From positions 64,001 to 128,000 of the forward strand of contig CP143273.1 of assembly GCA_051013385.1 (NCBI GenBank): a DNA stretch of 64,000 nucleotides, read 5' to 3'. Made by a program: the position numbers and the translations under genes. The DNA comes from Phormidium sp. (GTDB lineage: Bacteria; Cyanobacteriota; Cyanobacteriia; Cyanobacteriales; Aerosakkonemataceae). This document shows, piece after piece, positions 28,605 to 39,122 of the stretch. The notes beneath the pieces were generated by a model, which was not told the DNA's origin, ran no database searches, and saw nothing but the letters and a program-made list of their open reading frames with translations. Within the stretch, counting starts at the first letter, position 1, and every line of letters starts with the position of its first letter.

Positions 28605-28671
28605 GGAAAATTGTTTGTTGTGACGACTTTAGTCGTTCAAACATTATTACAAATAACTTACGAATCAGGAT

Positions 28672-29187
28672 ATGATTGCTCAATTATTAGTTAAAGGTTC
28701 TCGGAAAAATCTCACTTTTTGGCTAATTTTACTCTTAGCTTGCTTTAATTTGCACCCCGTAAAAGCGCAAGATAGAGCAAGATTTGAGCAAAGAATACAA
28801 AACAATATCTGCCCTAAACCAATTACAGAAAATGATATTTCCCAAACTGGTATTACACCGCCTAGTGTTTGGTGGGCTGCACAAAGATTTGGCAATTTAC
28901 TATTAGATTATTGGTTTAGTTGTCCTGGTGATAGACGGGTATATTTGATAGTAAATCGCCAAATTTGGAATTCCCTAAATTATGTAGAAAAATACGCATT
29001 TGTTAATCATTTTGGTACTTATTCTCGCCCGGATAGATACAATGTGGAAGTATTAAATCCCCAATTAGAAAATTTAGCGGCTTATCGATGTGATTATAGT
29101 GTAAACCCAAGCAATTGCAATTTGTGGGTGGAAAGTTTTGGTAATTATGCACCGCCGCCTTTGCGATCGCCTAACCCTAAACCCTGA
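28672..29187 (+). CDS. Secreted hypothetical protein
   Basis: Signal-peptide-like N-terminus; PSVWWAAQRFG..YAFVNHFG. Confidence 0.7.
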   Translation: MIAQLLVKGSRKNLTFWLILLLACFNLHPVKAQDRARFEQRIQNNICPKPITENDISQTGITPPSVWWAAQRFGNLLLDYWFSCPGDRRVYLIVNRQIWNSLNYVEKYAFVNHFGTYSRPDRYNVEVLNPQLENLAAYRCDYSVNPSNCNLWVESFGNYAPPPLRSPNPKP

Positions 29188-30340
29188 AACCGAATTTCCC
29201 GCCACAAATTTAAGTATTGCTGTTGCGCTTTTTCGGAAAGTGGTAAGATAAATTCACTTCTTTGGTAAACTTCTGGCGAGGGGAAAAGTAACTTTTTCTC
29301 GCGGATACTTTTTGGTAATTCATCCAAACTTTCGCCAGCAAAAATTGGGGAAGCAGCTTTCCCAAAGCGCGAGAATAAAGCTGCTATTTCTGGTTGCCAA
29401 CTAAAATCAATCCAATCCCTAGCTAAACTAAGATTATTATTAGCTTTAGCTGGACTTACCCATAAATCTGCCCAGAGAGAGGTTCCAGACTGGGGAATTA
29501 CTGCTCCAATCATGTTTGGGTAGCGTTGAATTATCGGTAAAATATCTGTAGACCAACCCACAGCTAACCAAGTGTCTCCCAAAATCAAGGGTTGTAAATA
29601 GGTATTATCGCTATAAAATTTTACCTGTCGATCGAGTTCCTTGAGTTCTGATTTCAACTGAGGAATTTTAGCTAATTCTTGAGTGTTGTAAGAGTTTTGG
29701 GGATTAATTTTTTTCAAGGTTAAACCGATGACTTCTCTGGGTTGATCGGGTAAAGAAATGCGATCGCGCAACTCCTCTTTCCATAGATCATTCCAATCTT
29801 GAGGCGGATTTAAACCTTCAGCTTTAAATTTATCCCGACGGTAAACAATCATTGTCGTACCCCAACGATAAGGCGCACCCCAAACAAGTCCTTTTAAATC
29901 AATATTTCCCTGTTGATTGCGGCGCACTAATCGCTGGTATTGTGGAGGTAATTGTTCCCATTGTTTCAATTGAGTGGGATCTAAAGGTTGAATTAACTTT
30001 TGCTCGATCGCAGATGCTAACCAATAATCTCCTAAAGTCACTAAATCTGCGATCGAACTCTGTTTTTCTCTCGCAGTTAACAAAGGAAGCCTTGACCACC
30101 AATTTTGAGATTTTGGTTTTTCTTGTAAACTAGTGAACAAGCTAACTAGTTGTGGTTCTACTGTTAAATCTAATTCACCTATCTGCTTAAATTCTTGGCG
30201 AAATTCATTTAATAGCTGAGCCGGAATAGAATCTTTCAGCAGTCGAATTCTTAAACTTGCCTGTTGCTGACTACTACAACCTGTGAATAAACTGGAAATC
30301 GCTAGAGTGCTAGTACCTAATAAAAAATCGCGTCGCTTCA
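29145..30340 (-). CDS. Polyamine-type ABC transporter substrate-binding protein (PotD-like)
   Basis: Tat/lipoprotein signal KRRDFL..FTGC; PYRWG; AVGWS; GTSLWADLW. Confidence 0.8.
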
Positions 30341-30651
30341 TTTAACTTTAAATTGGCAATTTTGCTAGTTAATTTTTCCCAAGGGGATTTTTGTCAATAA
30401 GGATGTTTAATTGACCAGAAATTTACCTAAGCTACAAACAAAGTAACTAGTTTAATTAAGTTAACATAATTCCCTTGGGAAAATCCGGTTTTGCAGCTGG
30501 CAATAGCAACCAAAGAGTAAAATTTCCCCTTACCTGAGAAAGATCCCATAAGAAGAAGAAAGGCAAAAGTTAAATGATTCATAAGCTAGTCAAAATTTAA
30601 GAGTTTATTCTGTAGGATAGAGAGATAGGTTTAACATCATGGGGGTATAAG

Positions 30652-31023
30652 ATGGATTCGATAAAAAATCAAGTTAATGGAATGAATGACAAGATAGATA
30701 CTCTCTGCCAATTGGTTGAACATTTGAATGAGAGGATGGGGGAAATTTTGTCAGAAGTCAAGCGCTCTAACCCAAAAGATACCGATCAGTTTATTGGTAG
30801 AGTCGGAGAACGCCCATCTTACAGTAGTTTGAGTAGAGTAGATGCTGCCTTAGCACACAAAGATATTTTGATAGATAACAGCTACTCAGACTCGAACTCA
30901 GCAAATCGGGAAAAAGAGTTAGGGCCGGAAATTCAAATTCAGCGCTTGACGGCACAACTAACAGCAGCATACAACCGAATTGCTGCCTTAGAAGAACAAT
31001 TACTAGCTAAAAGAGTTTATTAA
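30652..31023 (+). CDS. Hypothetical coiled-coil protein
   Basis: C-terminal QIQRLTAQLTAAYNRIAALEEQLL, a motif recognisable from cyanobacterial hypothetical proteins. Confidence 0.75.
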   Translation: MDSIKNQVNGMNDKIDTLCQLVEHLNERMGEILSEVKRSNPKDTDQFIGRVGERPSYSSLSRVDAALAHKDILIDNSYSDSNSANREKELGPEIQIQRLTAQLTAAYNRIAALEEQLLAKRVY

Positions 31024-31041
31024 CAATTTGGCGGTGTAATT

Positions 31042-32157
31042 TTACTGATGTTGTTCTAACCGTGCTGCTAAAAGTTCGACAGCGTGGAGAAGTTGGCTAT
31101 GATTCCACCCTTGATAAAGCTCAGCTGCAATACAAGCAGCACCTGCTCCGACTCCTTCTTTGACGTATCCCTGCTCATAAACTCGTAATTTTTCATAGCA
31201 AGAATTAGCAAAACTGAAGTTATTACTCAGCAAAGGAACTGAACCAACAATTTGAGCTAAACCTACTGTGTCACCTGTAGGATCTTCTGCAACCCAGCGA
31301 GTTGTACCGACGACTATTTGTTCCTGTTGCCAAGGTAAAGAAAATTCTGTGACTATAGCCTGAATTAAGGCATAAACAGCTAACATTTGGGTTCCTCCAG
31401 CGAGCATTACCCCGGAGATTCTACTAGCTGCGATCGCCATTCCCGCAACCACAATTTGCATCGGATCGCCAACAGCTGCTACTAATTGTAGCGCCCCCAA
31501 AGCAGCGGGGAATTTGTCAAAATCGAGCCAACCTGCTGCTTTTAGTCCCTGCTGTACCACAGCCCACTTTTGTTGATGATTACATTGGGGGTGACTACTA
31601 TTAACTTTACCAACAGCAGCAAAACCTAAACCAGTGAGTACTGCTAATGCAGTAGTAGTTCCACCAACTACACATTCACTTAAAATTAGCCAACTGGATG
31701 GATGTAGGGTGGCTAACTTTTCTCCCCAAACTAACCCTTGATTTAGCAAACTTTTAACTATAACTAGATCGAGGGCTTTTCCTGTAGTTAAACAATTAGC
31801 CGCTTCACCTCCTAAATCAATAGTTGGGATCGCTGGTGGTTGCAGTAAACCTGCATTAAATATATAGAGAGGCAAGGAAAGAGACTCAACCACAGCACGA
31901 GAAATTAACACTGGGGAAGCGCCTGCGTGCAATGGTGGCAAGGGATATTTTGGCTCCGGTGAAGGGCCATTATATAAAAATTCTGCATCAGCTAGGGCGG
32001 TATATTTGCGATCGCAAGGAGTCGCCCCCGCCGCAGAAATTCCCGGAATTAACCCAGTTTCCGTAAATCCCAGCACACAAGCAAACACAGGTTGACAACC
32101 GCCATACCTTTGCAACCAAAGTTTTCCCTGTTCTTCTTGAGTGTAAATTTTAATCAT
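31042..32157 (-). CDS. cobT: Nicotinate-nucleotide-dependent phosphoribosyltransferase CobT
   Basis: IPGISAAG, ECVVGGTTTA, AGGTQM, GYVKEGVGAG. Confidence 0.9.
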   Translation of the reverse strand: MIKIYTQEEQGKLWLQRYGGCQPVFACVLGFTETGLIPGISAAGATPCDRKYTALADAEFLYNGPSPEPKYPLPPLHAGASPVLISRAVVESLSLPLYIFNAGLLQPPAIPTIDLGGEAANCLTTGKALDLVIVKSLLNQGLVWGEKLATLHPSSWLILSECVVGGTTTALAVLTGLGFAAVGKVNSSHPQCNHQQKWAVVQQGLKAAGWLDFDKFPAALGALQLVAAVGDPMQIVVAGMAIAASRISGVMLAGGTQMLAVYALIQAIVTEFSLPWQQEQIVVGTTRWVAEDPTGDTVGLAQIVGSVPLLSNNFSFANSCYEKLRVYEQGYVKEGVGAGAACIAAELYQGWNHSQLLHAVELLAARLEQHQ

Positions 32158-32195
32158 AGTTTTCCGAAACGGGACTAGGGACCCAGGAGCTATCG

Positions 32196-32319
32196 CAATA
32201 CTGCTCGGTTAACGATTTTCCCCTTTGTAGGGGCGAAGCATTCGGGCAGAAAATCTAGGGTTTGAGTCATAAATTGTTGCCCGAATGCTTCGCCCCTACT
32301 CAAAACCCGAGCGGTATTG
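32196..32319 (+). mobile_element. 124-bp MITE with CAATAC terminal inverted repeats and 10-bp target duplication
   Basis: CAATACTGCTCGG...CCGAGCGGTATTG; TSD GGAGCTATCG at 32186-32195 and 32320-32329. Confidence 0.92.
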
Positions 32320-32428
32320 GGAGCTATCGGGAACACAGGGGAGAAGAATTCAAAACTTAAAACTCATAACTTTCTCCCTAACTCAAAACTCATAACTCAA
32401 AACTCATAACTTTCCCCAATCCCTGCAA

Positions 32429-33133
32429 CTACTCTTCATAATCCAAAATCACCTGTACCCAATGGGGAGGTTGGGGGATGGGGTTGCCCAAGCGTTGTAG
32501 TAATATCCAGGAGGCGATATGGACGACGAAGAGGTAGACTAAGTTGCTGAGGAAGACCATTGCGATCGCAATCACGTTAATCAAAAATATACTTGGTTCG
32601 ATTAATAATCCCAACTTAAGAAATACCCAATCTAAAAAATTTGTTACTTGAGTAATGCCATAAACCCAGAGATCTTCCCCTAAAAGCACCGAAAGCAGCC
32701 AAAATCGGAAAAAGAAACCGATGCTGCCTAAGAGTGCGCCTAAAAAAATTGATATTCCCCAATTAGTTTTGCGCCGCCAACAAGCACCCAGCAGCACACC
32801 CAACAACCCAAAGGGAATGAAAAACTGAATACTGCGAGGCGGTCCCATCAACACTGATAATAATAACCCAGAAACTAAAGCCGACATCCAAGCGGCTCTT
32901 GCTCCCCAACGCAGGTAAACTAAAGCAATGGGAACTGGGAAAAAGATTCGCAGTACTGGACCCAAAGGAAAGTAAAAATTGACTAACCAAATTAAGCTGG
33001 CAGTACTAGCTAAAAATGCCGTTTCTACCAATGCTAACGGCGCAGTTGACTGCACTTGCGTTTGCGGTGGTGGAGTTGGAGAGTTAGATTTACCAGCATT
33101 TTCATCTGCGGGATCTCTTAAAGATTCACTCAT
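32429..33133 (-). CDS. DUF2232 (YybS-like) membrane protein
   Basis: LVETAFLAST, FFPVPIALVYLRWG; multi-TM. Start 33133 or 33145. Confidence 0.85.
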   Translation of the reverse strand: MSESLRDPADENAGKSNSPTPPPQTQVQSTAPLALVETAFLASTASLIWLVNFYFPLGPVLRIFFPVPIALVYLRWGARAAWMSALVSGLLLSVLMGPPRSIQFFIPFGLLGVLLGACWRRKTNWGISIFLGALLGSIGFFFRFWLLSVLLGEDLWVYGITQVTNFLDWVFLKLGLLIEPSIFLINVIAIAMVFLSNLVYLFVVHIASWILLQRLGNPIPQPPHWVQVILDYEE

Positions 33134-33158
33134 GCAAATTGCCAAAAGGTAAGCAGGT

Positions 33159-33839
33159 TTAAACGATCGTTTTTTCTAAGGCATTAATGTCAGGAATTCT
33201 CAGAATATCCTGATCCCGCTTAATTAAGCCTTTCTTTTCGAGCTTCGTCAATACTCTGGTGACAGTTTCTCTTGCTAGTCCACTCAAGCTACTCAATTCT
33301 CGGTGTGGGAGGTTGGGAATTTCTACCCCTTCAGTAGTTTGTTTTCCCTGCCCATCTGCCAAGAATAGTATTGTGTCGGCTACTCGTGACATACTATCAG
33401 ACTCTCTTAACCGGAGTCGGCGATTGACTTGGCGCAAACGCCGCCCCATCAATTGTGCCAGACGAACTCCTGCCATTGGCTCGGAATAAATTAATTTGAC
33501 AAAATCCTGAGCTGGCATATTGCCAATTATTGTGGGAGCCAAGGTGATCACATCGGTGGAACGAGGCACTTCATCAAGTGCCGCCATTTCACCAAAGATT
33601 TCTCCTTTCCCCAAAATATTCAGGGTTACTTCTTTGCCTTCTAGATTGTACGTGCGAATTTTCACCCAACCTTCGAGAATGAAGTAAACTGAACTCCCCC
33701 AGTCATTTTCTAGCAAAATTACTTGGTTTGCTGGATGATTACGGGTAACAAGGTGGGCTGTAGCTTTTTCAACGGTACCTTCTGGTAATCCTTTGAAAAA
33801 AGGCGTTGAACGGATTAGATTATAGTTTCGGTCTTCCAT
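33159..33839 (-). CDS. Crp/Fnr-family transcriptional regulator (cAMP receptor protein, SYCRP1-like)
   Basis: FGEMAA..PRS cNMP pocket; HTH LARETVTRVL. Confidence 0.9.
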   Translation of the reverse strand: MEDRNYNLIRSTPFFKGLPEGTVEKATAHLVTRNHPANQVILLENDWGSSVYFILEGWVKIRTYNLEGKEVTLNILGKGEIFGEMAALDEVPRSTDVITLAPTIIGNMPAQDFVKLIYSEPMAGVRLAQLMGRRLRQVNRRLRLRESDSMSRVADTILFLADGQGKQTTEGVEIPNLPHRELSSLSGLARETVTRVLTKLEKKGLIKRDQDILRIPDINALEKTIV

Positions 33840-34306
33840 CAGACCATTCTTTCACTAAGACTATGTTGAGTAAATAAACTAAAAATCAATAGGGGCTGAT
33901 TAGAGTTTGGTAGGCTGATAAGTTGGCATAGTATCAGATTTAGTAGGACTGCAAATCAATGATAACTAATTGACCGCAGTATCTTGGGGGAACAGGGTTC
34001 CTGAAGAACTATGGTGTAGTGTCTGAAACTGACACTCTCAGTACGATTGCAGCACTTTATAGAGATTATCACGAAAAACAACGAGATGGTTAGTTTTCTG
34101 GCGATCGCTCTTGGACTGGATACCAAGTATATTCTTGCATTTTTTGTAAATTTATGGTAAAGAAGAACAGGAAACCCCAAGAAATTTACCTAGCATCTTG
34201 ATTGTAACTAGTAAGTAAATTAAGATTAACAACGTGGAATTCCCGGATAGAAGCAAAGACTGAACTAACCTGTGGGGTCAATCTAAAATCTAAAATCTAA
34301 AATCGA

Positions 34307-35620
34307 ATGACGTTCCAAACAGCTAAAATCCAAGCACTGATTGCTGAGATTGATGCAGTACTTAGCAAAGATAGTAAATCCCGCTTTAGTTGGTTGGTGG
34401 GGGATGGGAATGCCGATCGCCAAATGTTGGCGCGAGTTCGCCAACAGCTGCAAAAATGGCAGGAACAATTAACCATAGTACAAGCTACGGGCGCGGAAAC
34501 TCAATTGGCAGAAATCGCCAGTTACCAAATTTGGGTCGAGCAAACTGACGCAGCAGGCGAGCGATCGCTATTATCGGAATCATTACAGACAGAAATTGCC
34601 TTATTGCAGCAACAAAGGCAAGAATTATTAAATGAAATTCGGCTGTTACAGCAACAACGCCAAGCATTAATTGAGCCAGAAGTATTAGTTTATCAACAAC
34701 AATTTATTACAGAATTCTCCCAAGAATTAATCAAAAGATTGCAGGAAACTGTCAATCAAAAATTGGCGGAAACTCTAGAGAAAATTCAAGCTGTTCAGTT
34801 GCTAAATGAAGATCTAGAAACCACCTGGCAGCAGGAAACAGAGTCGCCAAAACTGGAATTTATTGAATTAGAAACAACAGCAATCAATCCGCAATTGGAA
34901 TTGCTCGCAGCGTCAGTCAAACCACTACCTTATGCTGGTGTTGAGTTGACAACAGAAATTAGTACAGCATCAGTCGAAGCACTGCCTGATAATGCTGTGG
35001 AGTTGACAACAGAAATTAGTGAAAACCTGGAAAACGCAGATTTTATCATATCGCAATTAAAGCAGAACGATACAATTTCTGCCTTGACAGATTTAATAGA
35101 AGATGCAGCTGAAACTACGGCATCGCCAGAAGAAGATTTGCTGACAACTGACTTAGCAGTTACTAAACCAAAAGTAGACCTTTGGTTAGGAAATAATATT
35201 GTAGAACAGTTAAATGAAGACCTGTCTGAATTAGAAGAAGTTGAGCAACAGGAGGTTCTCCCGCCTGAAGGTGTTATAGAAAGTATTACATCTGGTACTG
35301 AGAGTATTGATTTAGATTTAAATGAAGACCTTTCGGAATTAGGAGGAGTTGAGCAACTGGAGGTTCTCCCACTAGAAGATATTATAGAAACTATTAGCGA
35401 TGCTACTGATAGTATCGATTTAGATTTGGCGGCTGCTGTGGAACAAGAACAAGAAAAAATAAATGCAGCCATTCCCGAACATATTTTGGCAGAGTTTGAA
35501 GACTTATTTGGTGATTCTAATAACAGTTCTATTGCGGTAATTAATGCTGAAGTGAAACCGGAAGAAACTCCAGAATTAGCAACTAACCAAGAATCTGTGG
35601 AGGCGGAAAAAAAAAACTAA
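34307..35620 (+). CDS. Acidic coiled-coil hypothetical protein
   Basis: IQALIAEIDAVL N-terminus, Gln-rich coiled coil, EEDLL and LNEDLSEL motifs, 36-aa internal duplication. Confidence 0.8.
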   Translation: MTFQTAKIQALIAEIDAVLSKDSKSRFSWLVGDGNADRQMLARVRQQLQKWQEQLTIVQATGAETQLAEIASYQIWVEQTDAAGERSLLSESLQTEIALLQQQRQELLNEIRLLQQQRQALIEPEVLVYQQQFITEFSQELIKRLQETVNQKLAETLEKIQAVQLLNEDLETTWQQETESPKLEFIELETTAINPQLELLAASVKPLPYAGVELTTEISTASVEALPDNAVELTTEISENLENADFIISQLKQNDTISALTDLIEDAAETTASPEEDLLTTDLAVTKPKVDLWLGNNIVEQLNEDLSELEEVEQQEVLPPEGVIESITSGTESIDLDLNEDLSELGGVEQLEVLPLEDIIETISDATDSIDLDLAAAVEQEQEKINAAIPEHILAEFEDLFGDSNNSSIAVINAEVKPEETPELATNQESVEAEKKN

Positions 35621-35658
35621 AATCCAAGTCGCTGAATAAGAAAAAACGTAAAGGGAAA

Positions 35659-37599
35659 GTGAAAACTGAGCCGGAGATGTTAGCTGCAAATGCAGAAAAA
35701 TCTTTGAAAGAATCAGTTTCATTAAATCTGGCTCATCAAATAGAACAAAGATTAATTTCTCGTCCTACTCCTGCTTCTTTGTTGTCTTTGCGTCCTTTAC
35801 CTCCTTTACCTGCTGCTTTGGCTAGCGTTTGGTATTTAGGAATGGATATTGGTACGACAGGACTTGCTGCTGTGTTGTTCAACAAGTGTACTAAAAAAGT
35901 TTATCCGATTAGTTGGTTGGTTACAGAACAGACAGATTTATCAGAAAATTGTGCTTGCTTACCAATCAATTTTGCTGGGAAAGCATTACCAAAAAACTTT
36001 AAAAGTTATTTAAACGTTGCGTTACCTTATTACTCGGAGCAAACGGGAAAATCCGAACCTGTATTTAAGTACTCAAAACCTCAAGAAAGAGAGAGTTTAG
36101 CTTTAAAACAGGCAAATTATCCAGAAATTGCAGGGATTGAATTAAGGGAAATCATTTCAGAAATAACAGTGCTGTTGTCATATTTGAATCCTGACAAAAA
36201 CCGGAAAAATTTGCCGACCCAATCAAGTAATTTGGTTAATTGTAGCTTTGCTGAAGGGTTAGCAACAGAAGATTTGACAGTGGCGATCGCAGATTTGGCG
36301 GGAATTTTTGTAAGTTGTCCGGCTAATTGTTCAGAAGCTTATCGGTTTAATATTAGAGAAGGGATTTTAGCATCTGGGTTGGTGAATAATGGGGAGCAAA
36401 TTTGTTTTGTGGAGGAAGCGATCGCATCCCTCTTAACAGAACTACATTTTCATGAAAATAAGTTAACAACCACAGAAAATATTGCCGATATGACTACCAA
36501 ATATAACTCAGGAAATTACCCGCTTCGTTGGCAGGGAGAAACTGTAGTTATACATTCTGGAGCCAATACCACAGAACTCGCACTAGTTGACTTACCAGAA
36601 AAACTGCAATATTTAACTTACCAAGACTTTACCCTTCGCAGTTTTCCTTACGCAGGTAATCACCTCGATCAAGACATTGTTTGTCAATTACTTTTAAATG
36701 GAGAATCGGAAATCGAAAAACCCTTACCCGGTGAACCTGACTTATTAACTCGCCAGCAATTACAAATGCGCTTGTCAAGTAGCGAATCGGGAAAAACATT
36801 ATTGTCAGCAGCGAGTTATTTAAAAGTAACTTTACCACAAGAAGATAGTTTCACTTTCACTCTAGGAGAAGAAGATCGAGAAATCAGGAAACAAGATTTA
36901 CAAAAGCGTGTAATTACTCGTTTTGTCCAAAGCTTAAATCGAGAATTAAACACACTTTTAACCCAAGGTGGTAGTTCTGTCGAAGCAATAACCCAAATTA
37001 TTTGTACAGGTAAAACTACCATGCTTCCCGGTTTAACTACTTGGTTACGCCAAAAATTTCCTAATGCTAAAGTCATCCAAGAAGCCGAAATCAAATCTAC
37101 AATCAAACCAGAAAACCGGGTAGCTACAGGATTGGCTATTTTACCACTTTATGGACAACTTATAGACAATTCTCGACAGCAGTATAACGATTACTTCTTA
37201 CTTTTGGAACTTTTACGTACCTTTGGCGAAACACCACTTTCCATAGGGAAAATTATCAACTTATTGGAACGTAAAGGTATTAATATTCGTGCTTGTCAAC
37301 AAAGGTTATTTGCTTTTTTATCGGGTGAACTTCCCGCTGGTTTAGTTCCTACAGAATTAGATTCAGGTTTACTAACAGAAGCATCTTGGCAAAATCCAGA
37401 TTATCAAGCAATTAGAACCAAAAAATTGTTTTTAGATCTGGAAAATCAAACATATTCCCTAAATTCTGATTATGCTCAGCATTTACGAGATTATTTAACT
37501 GCGGTTTTAGCTCGGACTTACCAAAAATTAGAAGAACCATACACAATTTACTGGTTGGCAACCGTAGAAATGGCATTTTGCCATGATAAAGTGAGATAG
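35659..37599 (+). CDS. Divergent Hsp70/actin-like ATPase-fold protein
   Basis: YLGMDIGTTG, EAYRFNIRE, VEEAIA, HSGANTTEL, IICTG, VATGLA. Confidence 0.75.
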   Translation: MKTEPEMLAANAEKSLKESVSLNLAHQIEQRLISRPTPASLLSLRPLPPLPAALASVWYLGMDIGTTGLAAVLFNKCTKKVYPISWLVTEQTDLSENCACLPINFAGKALPKNFKSYLNVALPYYSEQTGKSEPVFKYSKPQERESLALKQANYPEIAGIELREIISEITVLLSYLNPDKNRKNLPTQSSNLVNCSFAEGLATEDLTVAIADLAGIFVSCPANCSEAYRFNIREGILASGLVNNGEQICFVEEAIASLLTELHFHENKLTTTENIADMTTKYNSGNYPLRWQGETVVIHSGANTTELALVDLPEKLQYLTYQDFTLRSFPYAGNHLDQDIVCQLLLNGESEIEKPLPGEPDLLTRQQLQMRLSSSESGKTLLSAASYLKVTLPQEDSFTFTLGEEDREIRKQDLQKRVITRFVQSLNRELNTLLTQGGSSVEAITQIICTGKTTMLPGLTTWLRQKFPNAKVIQEAEIKSTIKPENRVATGLAILPLYGQLIDNSRQQYNDYFLLLELLRTFGETPLSIGKIINLLERKGINIRACQQRLFAFLSGELPAGLVPTELDSGLLTEASWQNPDYQAIRTKKLFLDLENQTYSLNSDYAQHLRDYLTAVLARTYQKLEEPYTIYWLATVEMAFCHDKVR

Positions 37600-37719
37600 A
37601 TTGAATATAAGATTTAGTGACTGATGATTTGGGCTTTTTCTTTATTTAACTCACTAAATAAATTATTTAATATTTAGTTAAATTGGCAAACTTACAACCT
37701 AGTACGACTACCGAAAATT

Positions 37720-39006
37720 GTGGCGAATCAACGAGGGGACAAATCTAGTAAAGAAAATCGTAATTGGCAAGGATCGATCGGTGCAAATTCTCTTAATCCT
37801 TCTATGAAAGGAAGTGATCTCCGGGGTGCGTACCTCAGAGGCGCTTACTTAAGGAAAGGCGAATTAAAAAAACTGGATTTGCGGGAAGTTTGCCTCAGTT
37901 TTGCCGATTTAATTGAGGCAAATTTGAGTGAGGCTTGTCTTACTTTAGCTAATTTAAGCGAAGCTTGTTTGAACTTATCTAATTTGAGGAGAGCAGTACT
38001 CACTGAAGCTAACTTATGGAAAGCAAACTTAGTTGGTGCTGACTTGCATCAGGCAGATTTACGGAGAGCTAATTTATACAAAGCGAACTTAGTGGGCGCT
38101 AATTTGGAAGAAGCTAATTTATGTGGCGCAAATTTATGTGACGCAGATTTAAGTAGCACAGATTTGCGGGGAGTAAAGTTACAAAATGCTGTCTATAATT
38201 TAGCAACTCATTACCCAGAAAGTTTTGATATGGCTAAAGCCGGAGCTTATTTAATTGGCCCTAATATGTTGCTACCACAGATTAATTTAAGTGGTGTCGA
38301 TCTCAGTGGTGCAGATTTGCGAGGCACAGATTTGCGAAGGGCAAATTTAAGAGAAACTAACTTGAGTAATGCTAATTTAGTTGCAGCTAATTTGAGTGGT
38401 GTAAATTTAAGTGGTGCTAATTTAACTGAGGCAGATTTACGAGAAGTGATTTTGAAAAAAGCAGTTTATACTCGGCGAACTCGTTTTTCGGAAGATGTTG
38501 CTCCTCTCAAGTTAGGTGCTTATTTGATTGCGCCTGATGTATCTTTAATAGAAGTGAATTTAAGTAATGTAGACCTTTGTGGTGCAGATTTGCGAAGTGC
38601 TGATTTAAGTCGTGCTAATCTAACAGGCGTAGAGATGAGGAGCGTAGACTTGAGTAAGGCAAACTTGCGAAAAGCCCAGTTAGAAACAGCGAAACTCCAA
38701 GATGCTGATTTGAAAGATGCGGATTTGACTAAAGCAAATTTGAAACAGGCTAATTTGAGTAATGCTGATTTGCGAAATGTGAATTTGACTAAGGCAGATT
38801 TACAAGGAGCAAATCTGACAGGTGCAGATTTACGGGGGGCGGATTTGACGGGAGTGTGCTTAAATCAGGCTAATCTAAGTAATGTGGATTTACGCAATGT
38901 AGATTTGACGAGGGCAGATTTGCAGGGGGCGAATTTGAGTGGTGTAGATTTTTCCCATGTAGATTGTACAGGGGTAATTTTAGATGAGGGAAGTGCGTTG
39001 GCGTAG
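37720..39006 (+). CDS. Pentapeptide repeat protein
   Basis: Many A(D/N)Lxx repeats with two AVY..T.(Y/F) loop inserts. Start could be ATG 37804. Confidence 0.92.
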   Translation: MANQRGDKSSKENRNWQGSIGANSLNPSMKGSDLRGAYLRGAYLRKGELKKLDLREVCLSFADLIEANLSEACLTLANLSEACLNLSNLRRAVLTEANLWKANLVGADLHQADLRRANLYKANLVGANLEEANLCGANLCDADLSSTDLRGVKLQNAVYNLATHYPESFDMAKAGAYLIGPNMLLPQINLSGVDLSGADLRGTDLRRANLRETNLSNANLVAANLSGVNLSGANLTEADLREVILKKAVYTRRTRFSEDVAPLKLGAYLIAPDVSLIEVNLSNVDLCGADLRSADLSRANLTGVEMRSVDLSKANLRKAQLETAKLQDADLKDADLTKANLKQANLSNADLRNVNLTKADLQGANLTGADLRGADLTGVCLNQANLSNVDLRNVDLTRADLQGANLSGVDFSHVDCTGVILDEGSALA

Positions 39007-39027
39007 CCTGCCAAGATTGCATATCGC
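38995..39027 (+). mobile_element. 25-nt SDR-like insertion in a HIP1 site
   Basis: GCG-[TTGGCGTAGCCTGCCAAGATTGCAT]-ATCGC; supplies the TAG stop of the pentapeptide gene. Confidence 0.7.
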
Positions 39028-39122
39028 AATTCTCCACCCCGACAAATTCTTTGTCGGACACACTCTTAAGAGGCAGTGAAATTTTAATATAGACTTAGCA
39101 ACCTAGTAGAGAATGAATATTT

